Positions 1 through 15,073 of a stretch of 64,000 nucleotides of DNA are shown piece by piece. Every line of letters starts with the position of its first letter. Position 1 is the stretch's first letter. The notes beneath the pieces were generated by a model. The model saw only the letters and a list, made by a program, of their open reading frames with translations. It did no database searches and was not told where the DNA came from. Source of the DNA: Octopus vulgaris. Taxonomy: Eukaryota. A program made the position numbers and the translations under genes. The stretch is from assembly GCA_951406725.2 (NCBI GenBank), contig OX597815.1, forward strand, positions 104,532,001 through 104,596,000, given 5' to 3'.

Positions 1-779
1 ATGTATGTATTTATTCCTACCACCCATTATCTCCTAACTACAGTATTCTGCTGCTATAATTAGATGGGAACAGAACTGAACTATATACTTCACCAGCTTT
101 TTCTTGATACCACTTATATTACTTTCTACCAAAAACCATTTCATTTGTTATTCAATTTGCATTCTTAATATTGTCATCTCCATTCACTTTCTACATTGTT
201 CACCCTCAATCACACATCATTTCATTCTCCTCCTTCCCCTATCTATTTTACTATTTTTACTCTTCTGCTGCTCATCACAAATCCTTTTTCTATACTGTCA
301 GTCATTTTGTATTCATCTCATCTCTCCCAACTCATGTATCAGTGATCATCCCTACCTTTATCTGCTACTTGCACCCCTTAACCTAACTTAATTTCTACAG
401 TTGTCACCTACTCTCCCCTAGTTATAATCCTTGCACATCTCATCTTCATTATACTTTGCCTCTAATCCATTCCACCTCTCTAACCATCTCTTACTCTCCC
501 AATCATACTTACAGCCTCTACCCTCCTGCACTCCCTGTTCACTTGTTCTCACTCGCTTCTTTCATGTTGTACCCCAAGGCTCCATCCTAGCACCTCATCA
601 CCACTATTTTTTCTCTTTTTAGCTCCACCCTGGTAACTTCCATCCTCGCTTCTATAATGTGAGTAGCCATGTATACAAGAAACCTCTTCTGTTCTGGCCA
701 CTTCGTGCATTCTTTAACCCCTCATCTAGTATAATGCAATCTTTCTCTCTGTTGTAGTCTCACTCATTTGAAAGAAATA

Positions 780-976
780 TTTATCTTGCAAGCTTTATGG
801 AAACCTCACTAGTGCTGATGCCATGAAAAAAAAACACCCAGTACACACTGTAAAGTGATTGCTGTTAGGAAGGGCTCTAAGCAGTAGAAGTCATGACAAA
901 GCAGACATTCGTACATGATGCAATTCTTGCACCCTGTCAAACTGGGACATTAAATAGTTGTGATGAATATGATGAT
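780..976 (+). mobile_element. SINE family A copy ((GAT)n-tailed), degenerate
   Basis: gttaggaagggc...gacattaaa...tgatga; same motif as copies at 2260, 7400, 31560 and 63130. Confidence 0.6.
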
Positions 977-1049
977 GTAGACATATGTGTGTGTGTGTGT
1001 GTGTATTTAAGTGCATATGTATGCTTGTGTATGAGTGTGTGTTTATGTT

Positions 1050-1325
1050 AGATGATGTGAAGATGCAAAGGTTCAGTGAACACTGAGAATGTACAGAAAA
1101 TAGATTCTCTCAAAGGATCCTTAGAATTAGTAGATAGTTTCTGTTATCTAGGCGACCAAGTTAGCAGTGGAAGGGGAATCTCTGAAAGCATGATTGCTAG
1201 ACTAAGAATCAGCTGGGAAAAGTTCAGAGAGCTGCTGTCTTTGCTGGTAAAAAAGGGCCTCTTCCTCAGAGTGGAAAGGCAGATTGTAAGATGCCCGTGT
1301 ACAAACAGCTATTTCATGGGATGAA
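1050..1325 (+). mobile_element. RTE-clade LINE fragment (region C-terminal to RT)
   Basis: LELVDSFCYLGDQVSSG...SWEKFRELLSLL; homologous to 56670-56860 in this window. Confidence 0.8.
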
Positions 1326-1909
1326 GTGATGAGAAATGATTTTTAGATGTTGAGTCTCACAGAGGAGATGATAAGAGACTGTGTCTTCTGGTGATTTGCT
1401 GTGCTTGAGAATAAATAAAATCATGGCCATTCATACATACAGGCATGTCCTCTACAGCCCCCACTTCCATTCACACTCATACATAATTGTCCTCTGGCAA
1501 AACCCACAACCCATCTCCCCCAAGACTACCACTACCACCACCATCCACTACAGGACCCTCCACTTTCCCTCACATCTTTCTGCACACTCACAACACCTTT
1601 ATATGTCTACCTTACCCACCTCCCAGCCACTCCATTTCTTCTCACCATCACTTGCTATCTCTAAATATTTGCCCTCACACTCTTATGAAACATCACCTCT
1701 ATCCTCTCCGTACTACTTATATTCCTCCTCTCTCTCACTCTAACTGTTTCTTCTCTCCCAGCTCCCCCTCTTTCCATGTCCTACTGGTATAGCACAATAT
1801 CTCCTCTATTGTAAAACAGCTACCCCTATCCCTCTATCATAATCCAACGTCTTGCTTTGCACACAACCACTTCTCTCAGTTACATACTCTCTCTCTCTCA
1901 GATGAGAGG

Positions 1910-2420
1910 TCTTTGTTTTGCAAGCTACTTAGTGAACTCATAGGTACTGGTACCACATAAAAAGTACCTATGTTGGTTCCACCTAAAAAGCACCCATACT
2001 GGTGTCATGTAAAAAACACCTGTACTGGTACCACATATAAAACATCCATGCTGGTACCACGTATAAAGCATTCATGCTAGCACTAGGTAAAACACACCAT
2101 GCTGATGCTGCATAAAAAGTACTCATGCTGGTGCCATGTAAAAAGCACTTGTGCCAGTGCCATGGGGAAAGTACCCATGCTGGCACTACATAAAGAGCAC
2201 CCATGCGGGTTCCACATAAAAGGCTCCCTTGCTGGTGCCACAAAACAAAAGCACACTTTGTAGAGTGGTTAGCATTAGAAAGGGCATCCAGCCATAGAAA
2301 CCATGCCACAACAGACAATTGGAGTTTGGTGCAGATCTCTGGCTCGCCAGCTCTTCAAACCATGCCAGTATGGGAAACAGACATTAAGTGATGATAATGA
2401 TGATGATGAAGATGATGTTA
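1910..2420 (+). mobile_element. SINE family A copy with an internal ~28-bp tandem array
   Basis: About ten imperfect repeats of cacccatgctggtrccacataaaaag, then gagtggttagcattagaaagggcatccagc...gacattaag and a (tga)n tail. Confidence 0.75.
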
Positions 2421-5189
2421 ATGAAACATGAATTTGAAACAAATTCAAATAAAATTATTGAAGTATATATAAAACGTGATATAAATTGTGTTTACAAAGA
2501 TAAACAGGATAGAATAAACCTAATTAAGTTAATGAGCAACATCTCATCAATGATGATAGGAGTGTGCAATGTAATTACTTCTTCATAGATAGGAAATGTG
2601 AAAATTATTCAAAAAGAAGAAACTATTTCCAAGTGGTGTCAATTAAACATATATACTTTCTTATATATTTTCTTTGTATGTTTGAAATTTAGCCTCATTT
2701 GTAGATGATAATATGAAAAGAAAACATACTCATAAATGAAATAAATAAATCAATAAAAGTAGTATTTTTAGCTGCATACATTGTTATTTTATATCTTTTG
2801 AAATGGAAATATGAAGCTTAGTTTCTATGAATGATTGAAAAGACAGGCTTCTCTTATTTTGAAAAGCAGTCAAAACTCCAATTTTTTTAGTTCCCATCCC
2901 TTATAATTTGAAAATGTCATGCCTATTAAGACATTATTATTTTATTGTAAAAATTTTATAATAATTGATCATAATGCCTTTAAAATTAATTGGGCCATAT
3001 TTTAAATGCATATATATTAAAGATATTTAATTTTATATGATTTTATTGCGAATATATATTTCTCTCATTTTAGTTTTCTTTAAATGAATCTGTTATCTTT
3101 CCATTTATATGGAACATTCTGAAGAACTTTTTCCTAAAAAATGAGAAAGAATTTGGGGAGAATTTACTATCACCTGATTTCAAATAGCCTGCAGACAAAA
3201 ACTTTATTCTTAACTTTTTTTAATAAATCTCCCTTCAGTCATATACTTTGTTCATCTATGAATTACCATCACACAAAAGAACTGATTTAATGGAAGAGCT
3301 GAAAGATTATCATTTCTATCACAAAAGGTACACTGCTGTGTGACTTGTGTCTTGAATGTAATGTTATTCCCAAGAATGCTACTTATTTCTCTTGTTCTTA
3401 GCATATAAAATCTGAAATATTTGATATATTTCAAAGGACTCTTACAGCCTGAGAAACTGAAGAGTTTTTCATAATGGTGAATTTCTTAAACTCAGGTCTA
3501 TTCTAGAATATTAATAATTAATCAAACAAAATAAGATACAAATGTACTGTATAATGTACCAGCATATATTTGTCAACCTCCAACTTACTTCAGTAATGTT
3601 GATTTTGATGCACATAACTATACAAGGGACCTTCATGCTTTCAAGTATACCACATCTCTTTCTCCAGTGTGAGGCACCTACATCTACCTTCCATCCATGT
3701 CATTATAAGCAACTGGTTCAATATATCATTGCCTTAAACTTAATACAACAAAATCAGAAACTATAGTTATTTTCTTAACAAGCGTGGTAAGATCATTGTT
3801 GAAAGCTTCCAATTTGATGACATAAATGCACAGATGTTAGAGGAGGTAAAACTGTCAGTGTCACAATATGTTAAATATATTACCAATATATCAACCCAAT
3901 TATTGATCACTCCCATATAAACAAATGTCAGAAAATTCCTTACCATTGATCAAACTAAAGTTCCTCCTTGGCTCCATTATTTCACAAACATTGAGTATTG
4001 TAATTCTCTCTCCTTAGTGTTCTTCAAACATTGCCAAAAGACACAAATTTTTTAAAATCTTGTGTTCAATAGATATGCGTCCCACTTGGCAGATTTCTCT
4101 CAGCCTTCTGCCAGTATCTAAAATAAGTTTTGCAAGTATAAGTTGGTTGTTGTTTGACACCCCAGTGCCCTGTTATCATTGATTAAGTTGAAATATATAT
4201 GATCAAAAGTTTTCTAGCCTTGACCATCAAATCTATTCTTGATAGAAAGAAGATATTGAGCTTTATTTTATCCATTATACCTCCTTTCTTTTAAGATGCT
4301 AGGAAGATATTTGAGGGATATATGGCTGCAATTTATAACATATTAAACCATAATGTTTCTCTGTTTCATATTATTTGAAAGAACGTACTGCCTTTTTCTC
4401 TTCTTAATTCAAATGAATATCTTTTGATTCACATGCCTTATTTTCTCTTCTTTGAGCACAATTTCAATGGATTAATTGTGGATATGTTACAATTTATGTA
4501 AAAATAAAAAAATTCATGCATATACTTTCAATACAAAATTGATTCTATTTTATTTGACAGTATAGTTTTTGTTCTCAGTAAAAATTAAGTGTGAATTTTA
4601 TGTTAAGATTTATTATTGGTCAATTTCTTAAGGTTTGGCTTTCAGTTGGTTTGGCTTTCATTATGAATATGACCATAATGTTGCTTTCCTCTCTTTTTTT
4701 TAGCAGCCATTCTAATGTGACAAATGTTAAATTAGCTAAAATGTTATATGAGAATGAGAAAAAGGAAAGACTTTAATTACAATAAATTCAAAATAGAAAT
4801 AATTTTCTCAAAAAAATATAGAATGTTTTCTCAATAATCTTTATTCATCCTTGGTGCTTTTACTAAATCATATAGCAAATTCTTTTAATTTATCAATAGA
4901 GAAAAATTATTCATATACCCACTCAGATACTCTACTGAATATTAATAAACCTTTTAATAATTGAAAAGACCCTGTCAAACACTGAAAGATGAGTAAAATA
5001 TCATCTTACATTTACACCTACTGAATGTGTACAGTCTGTAGAACACTCCTCTAAGATATTTCCCTATATCATATGGTTCATGCAGCAAAGTCTTCTGTTA
5101 TGAAAATATGCAAACATAAAAATATTCACCTGAGTTACATATAAGATACATATATATATGAATGCTACACACATGCACACACACATATA

Positions 5190-5836
5190 TTCTTTTATTA
5201 TTTTATTCTCTTACTTGTTTCAGTCATTAGACTGCAGCCATGCTGGGGCACTACCTTGAAGGATTTTTAGTCGAATGAATTGACCCCAGTGCTTTTTTTT
5301 AAACCTGGTACTTATTCTATCAGTTTCTTTTGCTAAACTACTAAGTTACAAGGACGTGAACAAACCAACACCAGTTGTCAATCGGTGGTGGGAGACAAAC
5401 ACAGACACACACATATATATATATCATCATCACTTTAGTGTCTACTTTTCCATGCTGACATGGATTGAACAGAATTCACTGAAACAGGCTTTCTAAAGTT
5501 GGATGGATGCCTTTCTTGTTGCCAGCCCTCATCTACTTCCAAATAAGATAATATTACCCCTTGACCAAACATGTTTCCATAGAAGATTGAAAATGAAGAA
5601 TTCCACTAGCATGACAATAACTCTTGCATACAGTTATCAGTTATCACATAATGTCAAGGCAAAGAGACAGTAACACACGCACATACATATATACATATAT
5701 ATTATATGATATGTTTCTTTGTTTCTAAATACCAAATGCACTCACAAGGCTTTGGTTGGCTGGGGCTGTACTTGTCCAAGGTGCCATGTAGTGGGTCTGA
5801 ATCTAAAACCATGTGGTTTGGAAAGTAATTCTCATA

Positions 5837-5840
<4 letters not shown>
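5190..5840 (-). mobile_element. tRNA-headed SINE family B with internal microsatellite and a nested family A-like copy
   Basis: Tail part cttgtttcagtcattagactgcagccatgctgg at 5210 and head part cactcacaaggctttggttggc...ccatgtggtt at 5740; same layout as 38210-38612 and 51970-52432. Confidence 0.7.
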
Positions 5841-5868
<28 letters not shown>

Positions 5869-7361
5869 CCGACATGTATATGTAGAAAGTCCCTTGTAAT
5901 TGCCTCCGAACTTTTATAGATAAACTGATATATGTTGGTATATATATATGCATGATGTATGTATGTTTGTGCATAAATTTATTATAACACAAAAGAAACA
6001 AAGCCATTTAGTTTTCACATGTATTTCTGTGACAATCTGTGTTTTATGCATTTTGAGAATGTGTAAGACTGAGTATAGGGTGGGGTTTAAAATTTCACAG
6101 CCTAGTTTATGGTAAAAACAATTATATTCCTTGATATTCTAGCAATATTGAAGATTAGTTCTCTCTTATCAAATGAACAATATCAACTGCAATAATATAA
6201 TACTTGATTTTCATCTTGGTGAACTTCCAAAATTACAAGTTTTCATTTTAGCTTCACTTTTGACTTTGAATTAATCAGTTTATTTTGACAAGCTGAACAG
6301 AGCACAATTTACTACTACCAACCAGTTAAGAGCAATTTGTGAAGGAAAAAAATATCCAATTTTTTTTTGTTGCTGGGGTAGGGGCATATTTTCAATTTTT
6401 TAAACTTGTTTTATGATATTCATATTGTTTTGCTTTCCTTATGATAGCTCAATTGAACTTCAATAGGAGATACTACATCTTTGAGTATAAGAATTCTTAC
6501 ACAAAAATAGTTTTCCCTTTCCTAAACAAGTCATTTGATCTACTAGAATAGAATAAAATAAAGCTATTATAACAAACCACTTTATACAAAAATTTTAATC
6601 CTACAAATCATTATATATTCACATAAGGAATTTAGAAATTTGAAATTTTAAGTTCAAATTTAGATAAAAAGATTGCTTAAGCTTCATTAAAATCTAAAAA
6701 AGTTGATTGAATTATCTTAATGATTAATACCTGAATTTTTAGACAACTCAGAATATTTTTTTTTATTAATATGGATTAAATGAAAATACCTTGAATTCAA
6801 CTACTATTTTATGATTTGTAATTAAATTTATGAATATTAAAAAATACACAGTAAATTAAGCTGTTAATGAACTCAGAGTTTTATAAAATTCATAAGCCTA
6901 TCTATGGTTTTTCATAATCCAAAGTAGATGAAAGACAGTTCAAATTCTTTATGGCCTGATAATTAGTATCATGTTAGGGAGACTAAGTCCCCATGTAGAT
7001 TTATGAGACTAATTAGTGAAAATACTAAAAGACTATCAACTTGAAATCCACAGGCCATGATCCTAACAACCTCACAACCCTCACCATTTCTTCAATAATA
7101 TTTTTGAAATTTGTATAAAAGCAGAAATATTTCAATAGAAATGTAAAATATATGAATAAAATTATGGAAATCAGTGAATAGTTTGTGCAATCAAAATGTT
7201 TAATTTAAAGAATGCACAATTTAGATTTAGAAAAGGAGATAAACTATCTGATTTATAACTAGTTATAGTTTTAAAAAAAAATCTATTTGCATTTATCAAA
7301 TGACATGGGTGTAAGAAATAAAGACATGCAAACCATGATTTTTTTCTATTAATATTCAAAA

Positions 7362-7607
7362 GTGCTTGTGGCACATAAAAAGCACCCACTACACTCTTGG
7401 AGTGGTTGGCATTAGGAAGGGCATCCAGCAGTAGAAACTTTGCCAGATCAGATTGGAGCCTGGTGCAGCCGCTGGCTCTCCAGACCTCAGTCAAACCATC
7501 CAACCCACGCCAGCATGGAAAATGGACGTTAAACGATGATGATGATGATGATGAGGATGATGATGATGATGATGAGGATGATGATGATGAGGATGATGAT
7601 GATGATG
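7362..7607 (+). mobile_element. SINE family A copy, well preserved, (GAT)n tail
   Basis: gagtggttggcattaggaagggcatccagc...ccagcatggaaaatggacgttaaac followed by a long (gat/gag)n tail. Confidence 0.85.
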
Positions 7608-8516
7608 AGTACCATTATATTATTGACACTATACAATTTTTCTGGTCCACATCACTTCTATATTCAACATCAATATCAATTCCTAATTCTAAAAAGTTAC
7701 ATTCTCTCATGTTATGTAACATAACCCTATTAACTATTTACTTATTTTCCTTGAATCAATTTTGGTTTGCAGTCCATATATGAAATAAGTAATTTATTGT
7801 TGAGCAAAGATTCTCCAAATATATTTCTGTTGAGTGGAAACATATGTAAACAAAGAAAAAGATAAACATATAATAATAACCAACATATAGGAACCAAATC
7901 AATGTTTCTTGGCCAATAGTTGAAGTAAAAAATAATTAGAAACCACTATTTATGGCATATAAAAACCACAACCTCAGTGCCATTTTTTTATCAGCTTTAT
8001 AACCTTAAAAACGTAAGCTCTTTAGTATTTTTATCATCGTTTATTTGTACATTTTAAATACAGCTCAGTAGCCAAAATATTGATTAATGAATTATATGAA
8101 ATATCCTTGATATTTCATATCAAAGAATATTTAAAATGTAATGATATATAACACATATATGCAATGTGTATCATTATATCTCTTATGAGCAGAAAAAAAA
8201 TGCCTTCACTACCTCCAGATGGCCTACTTTGACTGGAACAAAACTGACTGGAATTCTTATTGTACTGAGTTACAATATCCAAACTAGCTTGCATTTTATG
8301 ATTCAAGAGATAACAATACCATTCTTCAGCTCATCTGTTATTCAATCTGAGCCTGTGTCAGTACCATGTATACATTAAAAAGCCCAATTGTGCAATATGA
8401 GAGATTACAGCAGTCTACTTTGCCAGAAAAGAATGATGGGATGCTGAATATGAATTCACATTATGCAGAAGTGGGGAAAATAGAAGAAAGTGCAATAGAT
8501 CATCCAACCATATCAA

Positions 8517-9745
8517 ATAGTAGTGCGTCGTGTATATACTTCCTTCGCCCCTGTTTCATTATATTATATATCCAACATACAAATGATATAAAAGTGGCGA
8601 TGAGAGTGTGCCTTAGCTGCAAAAGTGCCTTCCACTAAATGGCAACCGTGGTCAAAAACAGATGTTCCATGGGCCAGACTGCATATCGATTATACAGCTC
8701 CACTTAAGAGTCCATACTTTCAAAGTGGCCAGAAGTGCATAACTGTAAAAAAGTTGACATTTGTGGTTACAATAAGTTTTTTACATGAATTGCTTGCTCA
8801 AATTGTTTGCAGAGTATGGTATTCCGGATACCATTGTGTCTGATATTGAAACTCAATTTACGTTAGATGAGTTCAGAAAATTTTGTAAAATGTTTGTCAT
8901 CTAACATGCCACCACTCCATCCTATCATCCTAGGTCAAATGGACAAGCAGAGCATTTTGTTGACTCTTTCAAGAAGGCATTGAAAAAGGTGAACAATGAA
9001 GTGATGGACAATTTTGCACTCCAACAATTTCAAAGAGTGTGCCAAGTAACACCTAATCTGAATACACAATTGGGAATGTCATCCGCAGAATTGATGTTTG
9101 CTAAAAAGGGCAGATCTGTCTTTGATAAGCTGATACCGAGTAAAAATAAAAAAAGGCAAACAACAAAAATACTCCAAAATTCTTCAAGTTAGGTGACAAA
9201 GTATTTTTAAAACTTATAGATATGGTAAAGAAAGCTGGGAGGATGGTGTAATTATTAAACAAGTTGGAAGAATGATATTCCCTGTAAAAAAGGAAAATGT
9301 CAAACATAAAAGATATATTAACCAACTTAAAAAAAGATTCATGGAAAAAACAGTCATGAGAAATGAAATTCCCATGGAAGTATTGTATGACACGTTTGAG
9401 GTACCAACACCCAAACAATTTGAAACTACACATTCTAGCACTAGAAAACAGAAAAGAATGGAATCACTGAGCAGAGTTCAATTCTTGATAGGGGAGGCTG
9501 ATTTTAAAAAGGGGAGTTGTTGTGGAAGGATTCTGACCTCTCCTCAAGTGACTAAAAGGTGTATCAACTCATTGTCATAAAACAAAGAACTGTGAGAAAT
9601 TGGCAGTTCAGGTTGGTAAACAGTTCACTGTGAGCCATGGTGGAGAGGAGTGAGTCTCTTGTAATCGTAATAGTAGTGTGTTGTGTATATAATTCCTTCT
9701 CTCCTGCTTTGTTATATCATATATCCAATGTACAAGTATATAAAA
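8517..9745 (+). mobile_element. Internally deleted Gypsy-like LTR retrotransposon: partial 5' LTR, PBS, integrase remnant, PPT, 3' LTR
   Basis: 8517-8590 matches 9670-9743. PBS-like tggcgatgag at 8595. Frameshifted integrase motifs WQPWSKTDVPWARLHIDY, GIPDTIVSD, TTPSYHPRSNGQAEHFVDSFKKAL. PPT aaaaaggggag, then LTR start TGTTG at 9518. Confidence 0.88.
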
Positions 9746-9894
9746 ATGACCTAGGCAATATTGTTAACAATGTTCTGCTTTTGACAAATCACATTTCTAA
9801 AAATCATCAAAAAGGTTGAAGGTGTCTTAGCATCACTCAGTAAGACCTTTGCTAGCTATTCATTAGTTACCTATTTATAGCTATATATGACTAT

Positions 9895-10285
9895 GGCACA
9901 TCCACACTTACAGTTTGCATCTCTTGTCTGGAATTCCCATCTTGTCCAGACTATCAATCTACTGAAAGCTGTCCAGAAATGTGCAACTGGACAAATACTA
10001 TGAGTCAGTCACTGTATCTTGAAAGCATTGCTTCTCTGAGCACTATCACACTATAGATTTAACATTTTGCAGCCTACAAGATCTTATCCTTTGGACAACT
10101 TTGGCCATTTTTTAATCTAATACCTCTACCACTTGTAGACATGCATATAAAATTTTAAAAAAACCGTGTGGCATCCATGACTTTCAGAAACATTTTTTTA
10201 TGCTCAGAATTGTCAAAGCATAAAATAAGTTACCCACGTCAGTTGTTATCTGTCAAGATATTGAATCATTCAAAAATGCCATAGG
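9895..10285 (+). mobile_element. CR1-like LINE 3' remnant
   Basis: Degenerate PHLQFASLVWNSH...LLKAVQKCAT and RHAYKI...FRNIF...RIVKA*NKLPTSVV, typical of the CR1 ORF2 C-terminus. Confidence 0.65.
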
Positions 10286-10554
10286 TCCTCAAGATGGACC
10301 GACACTACTGACTTGACTGTGTAAACTTTCTTCTTTATGACTCTTTTACAGCTCAGTTATCTGACTTTTTAATTTTATTCAGTGTACTGTGCATGTATTT
10401 CCAGTTTACACTGTTGCCATTGCCTACTTGATTTTATGTTTCTTTTTTTCAATCTTTTTTCTAATGGGTTGTAGTGCAATTGAGCAATTTATGCAACAAG
10501 CTTATTATTATTATCATTATTATTATTATTATTATTATTGTTGTTGTTGTTGTT

Positions 10555-10691
10555 GTTCAAATTCCATTGTGGTCAACTTTGCCTTTCATCATTTTGGTGT
10601 TGATAAATTAAATACCAGTTGAACACTGGGGTCGATGTCATTGACACATCCTCTCCCCCAAAATGGCTGATCTTGTGGCAAAATTTGAAGG

Positions 10692-10763
<72 letters not shown>

Positions 10764-10765
10764 TA
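10555..10765 (+). mobile_element. SINE family D copy with (TTA)n tail
   Basis: gtcaactttgcctttcatc...gataaattaaataccagttgaacactggggtcgat core; recurs at ~12985, 18490(-), 31020, 61220(-) and 61710(-). Confidence 0.7.
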
Positions 10766-13185
10766 ACCTTAGGAGTACAAGTGGAAAGTTATTAAATTAT
10801 TTGATATAATTCAAGTTTGAGGAACTTTTTGGCCTTGGAAATAGGTAAGTTATCTTTATTCACAAATTTCAAAGAAAAAAATGAAAATTAAAAAGATCAA
10901 CAGAGAAATTAGCGATATTTTAAAATAGAAATGAGATTCTCTATGTCATCCTTTCAATTACAGAAGATAAGATATGAGAGAGAAATATGTGATAAAAATT
11001 TATAGAAACACACACACACACACATACACGCATGCGCATACACACAAACATAATATACTATAACTTGCATACTCCTTGTTGATATGACAGACTAGTTCTA
11101 GACTGACAGATTTTATATTATTTTGACTGAAGAATTAAGTAGCTGATGTAGGAGAAAGTCTGTCTGTTTCTACTTTTATGATAATGTTGTTTTTTGATTG
11201 ATTCAAGCAGTCAAAAGATCAGTTTTAAACAAATCTTTACATAAGGGCTTGTCCTAGATTTTTATATCAATATCCACTTCACACTCTTTTGACAGCTGAT
11301 TCTAATGGCAAAGATAAGGATGATCAATGTAGCAATATTGGCATATATACTTATCTAATATTTTATTTTCCATGTGACAAACTGTCTCCCATGCTTTAAC
11401 TGATCATTGTTTACTGATTACCTCTTCTTCATATAAGTATAAACTTCATTAATTAGTTATCATATTAATTAATTAAGCACTAACACACTTTGTTATGACT
11501 TATGATATAATATCTGAATCAGTTGATACGAATCAATTCCAAAGATAAATATTCCAATGAGGTGGATTTAACATTTGATACTTTTCTTGAGGAAATATTC
11601 TTCAGATTTTACTTGCACTAAATGTAGTGCCGTAGTGTGTATATTATGGTTAATTGTATAACATATTCATGAAATTTCAAGTTTTATCAAATATTCAAAT
11701 GTAAAATATTTTGAATTCTTAATCCTTTCAGAATTACTCTGTGATTCAATTTGGTTTATGATCCATCAGTTGTGAATTGCTGATCGAAAGCAATGATATC
11801 TAAGTCTAACAAAAAGAATCATATGTATTAGTTTGTGAACTTGTTATCAGCTTTTTGAATATAATATTGAATGTAATTCAATGTTGCAAATTCATTTCAG
11901 ATATTCTGTTTTGGACTTGCTAATTGTAAGAGCCAAATTTTACTAAAACTGACTTTAGCCTTTATCTAAAATTAATTGTAACAAACATTACCAGCATCAT
12001 TAAAATCACCAACATACATGCAATTGGCTTTCAACAACACTTAACAGCAAGATTATTAGAGAATAGATGTTATTGTTGCTTAACCCCCTGCTCAGCTCTG
12101 GTTCAAGCAGACCTATCATCAAAGGTATTCAAGTAATTTTGAGACATAAGTTCTCTAACACCACATAACAGAATATATTCTTTCCTTTTTGAGCAGGTAG
12201 TTATTTGAGGAAGATTTGACTGCTATTTCTAGCATGCCGAATGACCACATAGATGTTTCTTCATTACTTCATTGATAGTCGTCTCAGCTGATATGATCAG
12301 AGAAATATTTTAATGTATATATTGTTAAGTTAGCATCATTGTGGTTTTATAGAATAACTCCTGATCAATATTAAACAAAGATATGTTTCAGCAAAGCAAG
12401 ACACAAATTTTAATACCTTCTGTTGTGATCAGGCTACTATGTACTGCCGATGCTTAGAGCAATGCTAAGATTGTTTCCAATGCTTAGACATAAAGGGATT
12501 CTAATGTTTAGACCAAAAGCCACCCAGACTTACTCTGATTTTTAAACCTAGGTTGGCTCCAGTTTTTAGAAACAGGATCATTCCAAGAAACTTTAGACAT
12601 ATACCTAACATTAAAGAACTTTTTATATCAAAGAGAAATTGTCAGTCTAACCCAGTATTAAGCTCTCCAGCATATGGTGGCCAGACATTATTGTATCTGG
12701 CTGTTGAATTAGAGAATAAAAAAGAGGACTATTCTGAATGACACAAATCACAACTGAGTTAATTGTAGAATATAACGTTGACTGAGAAGAATTGTTGAGA
12801 CAACAGTAGATTAGTCTGTTGGTCATTTATCTATCAGACACTTCATTCATCTTTTCAGTGATAACAGAAGGGGAGGCTGTTGTTGTATAGATACAAATAG
12901 TTAGTGAATTGGCAGAATTAGAAGAGCACCAGATAAAATGGCTGCAATATTTACTTTGTAACTTCTGAGATGAAATTCTTTTGAAGTCAACTTTGCCTTT
13001 CATCATTCTGAGGTCAATAAAATAAAGTACCAGTTAAATATTGGAGCTTCAATTCCCATAATTCACCCTAAAATGAGGGGAATTACAATAGAAGATTTTG
13101 TTTTGTATTCACTTAAAATATTAAATTTCCCTTTAAAATTTATTGAATTTGTATTTTCAGAGAAGGCAAGAGCTATTTTCTAGTG

Positions 13186-13397
13186 AATATTTTCAGATAT
13201 TCTAGCAATCATGAATTTAATCAATATTTTCAGATATTCCAGGAATTCTTTATTTATTCAGCATTTTAGATATTCCAATTGTTATTTTCCTAATTAATAT
13301 TATCAGATATCCCAAGAATTATTTATGTAATTAATATTTTCAGATATTCTAGAAACAGAGGAGCAATTTATCTCAATATTTTCAGATTTCCAGAAAT
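13186..13397. repeat. Degenerate ~37-bp minisatellite, about 6 units
   Basis: aatattttcagatattcyag recurs at 13186, 13223, 13260, 13296, 13333 and 13375. Confidence 0.85.
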
Positions 13398-14992
13398 AAA
13401 AGTAAGCAGCTTTCTATCTTGGGTTTCTAGACTTTGATATTTTAAAGGAATGATTGATATACTGACCTAGGAACTACATTTCAGATGTGGCAGAACAAAC
13501 TGTATCTATCATCACCTTAGGTTACCTAGTTTCAGGTGAACAGTAATTGACAAGAGAAACTCTAAGATTTCTAATACACTCAAGATTGACTTTTACAGAG
13601 TCTTCCTTTATCTGTAGCTATTCCAGTGGTATGTTTTCTAATATTTTAAAATTATTATGCAGAAATATGTATGGCACAAACAAAGAGAATGAGAAATAAA
13701 GAATCCAAGGAAAACTCTGCTAAGTAGCATTAACATCTGCAGTGAATTCTTTAGGTTTTAAGCCTAGACTAAATTCAGGAGAGACTTAAGCAGCTTCCAC
13801 TGTATAACATTACTCTTCATCAGTTTAATTACTTTTCTATTCTGTAGGAGTGAAAACTTGGTGAACCTAACAATAAGATTAGTCAGAGAAGCATCTGAAG
13901 ATAAGTTTCAGAAACCAGATTACCTAGAGAACTTCCTTAGCTTCGTATGTTTCTCAAGTTAGATATAAGTTAGTGTGGATATGAAACCAGATTTTACTTT
14001 TCTGGATCCAACATACAATTCTAGTAAAGAATACTTGGAAATTTCTTTTCTTTCCTAGTATAATTTATTGAAATTTATTTCTTTTCCTCCAATATACATG
14101 ATATGTATATCTAACCAGTTCTTCATATCACATGACCCAGAACTAATCCTATAACAAGAAGTGAATGTAGGGATATGAAAAGACACAAACTGGTAGATAA
14201 AGAAGCAGGTGGAAAAGCTGACTGAGATCTAAAAGTAGTTTAATAGATAAGTATAAATAAAACAAGTGAGAAAAAAGTAACTAAGCTATGGTGAAGAGGT
14301 TAAAGTCGAACTTGTAATATGATTGTTTTTGTTTTTAAATTGATACAGTTTTGCCAAAAATATATAAAAATGACAAAAGACATACAATGGTAACAGAGTC
14401 TAAAAGCATCTGTTAGAAGACAAACAAATATGAAATATAGCAGAAATGTAGAAAGAAAATTAAAAAATATATATGGGATTCTGAAAAAATTGAGATTAAC
14501 AAGATATGTCAAGAATAGTATTTTTCTTAGATAGAAACAATTGAAAATTGCATTTTCTGATGCACTGCCAACAAAATACAAAGGAACAATATAAAGTAGT
14601 GGATTGACAATATAAAATAAATATTATACCGTAAATCTGCCAGTCTTAGAAAAAAAAGTTAGTAATTCTCATCAAAGGTTTTACTGACCTATATAGCAAT
14701 TCTATAGTAATCCGTTTCAGAAAAAATTCAATTTTCCAAAATAATAAATTGTTACAGAAATTAGATTAAGACACCTTCCAGACTATATTCTAATACTGAA
14801 ACTAAAGCCTTTACTCTAGCAAGAAGATAATTATCACAGATTTGTTGTTCAGACAGAAAGGTGTTATAGTGAGAACTATATTCTATTGTTGCCAGCCAAA
14901 ATTACCAGTTTAAAGGAGGTATTAAAGCTAAAATACCACAGCTTTATTTATCTACCATGATTACATTAGCCTATTGATGTTGTCCTGTAGGG

Positions 14993-15073
<81 letters not shown>

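Noticed and set aside
13186-13397. CRISPR-like repeat-spacer pattern
   Set aside because: The 'spacers' are ~17 nt and resemble each other, the repeats are degenerate, there are no cas genes and the DNA is animal; this is a minisatellite.
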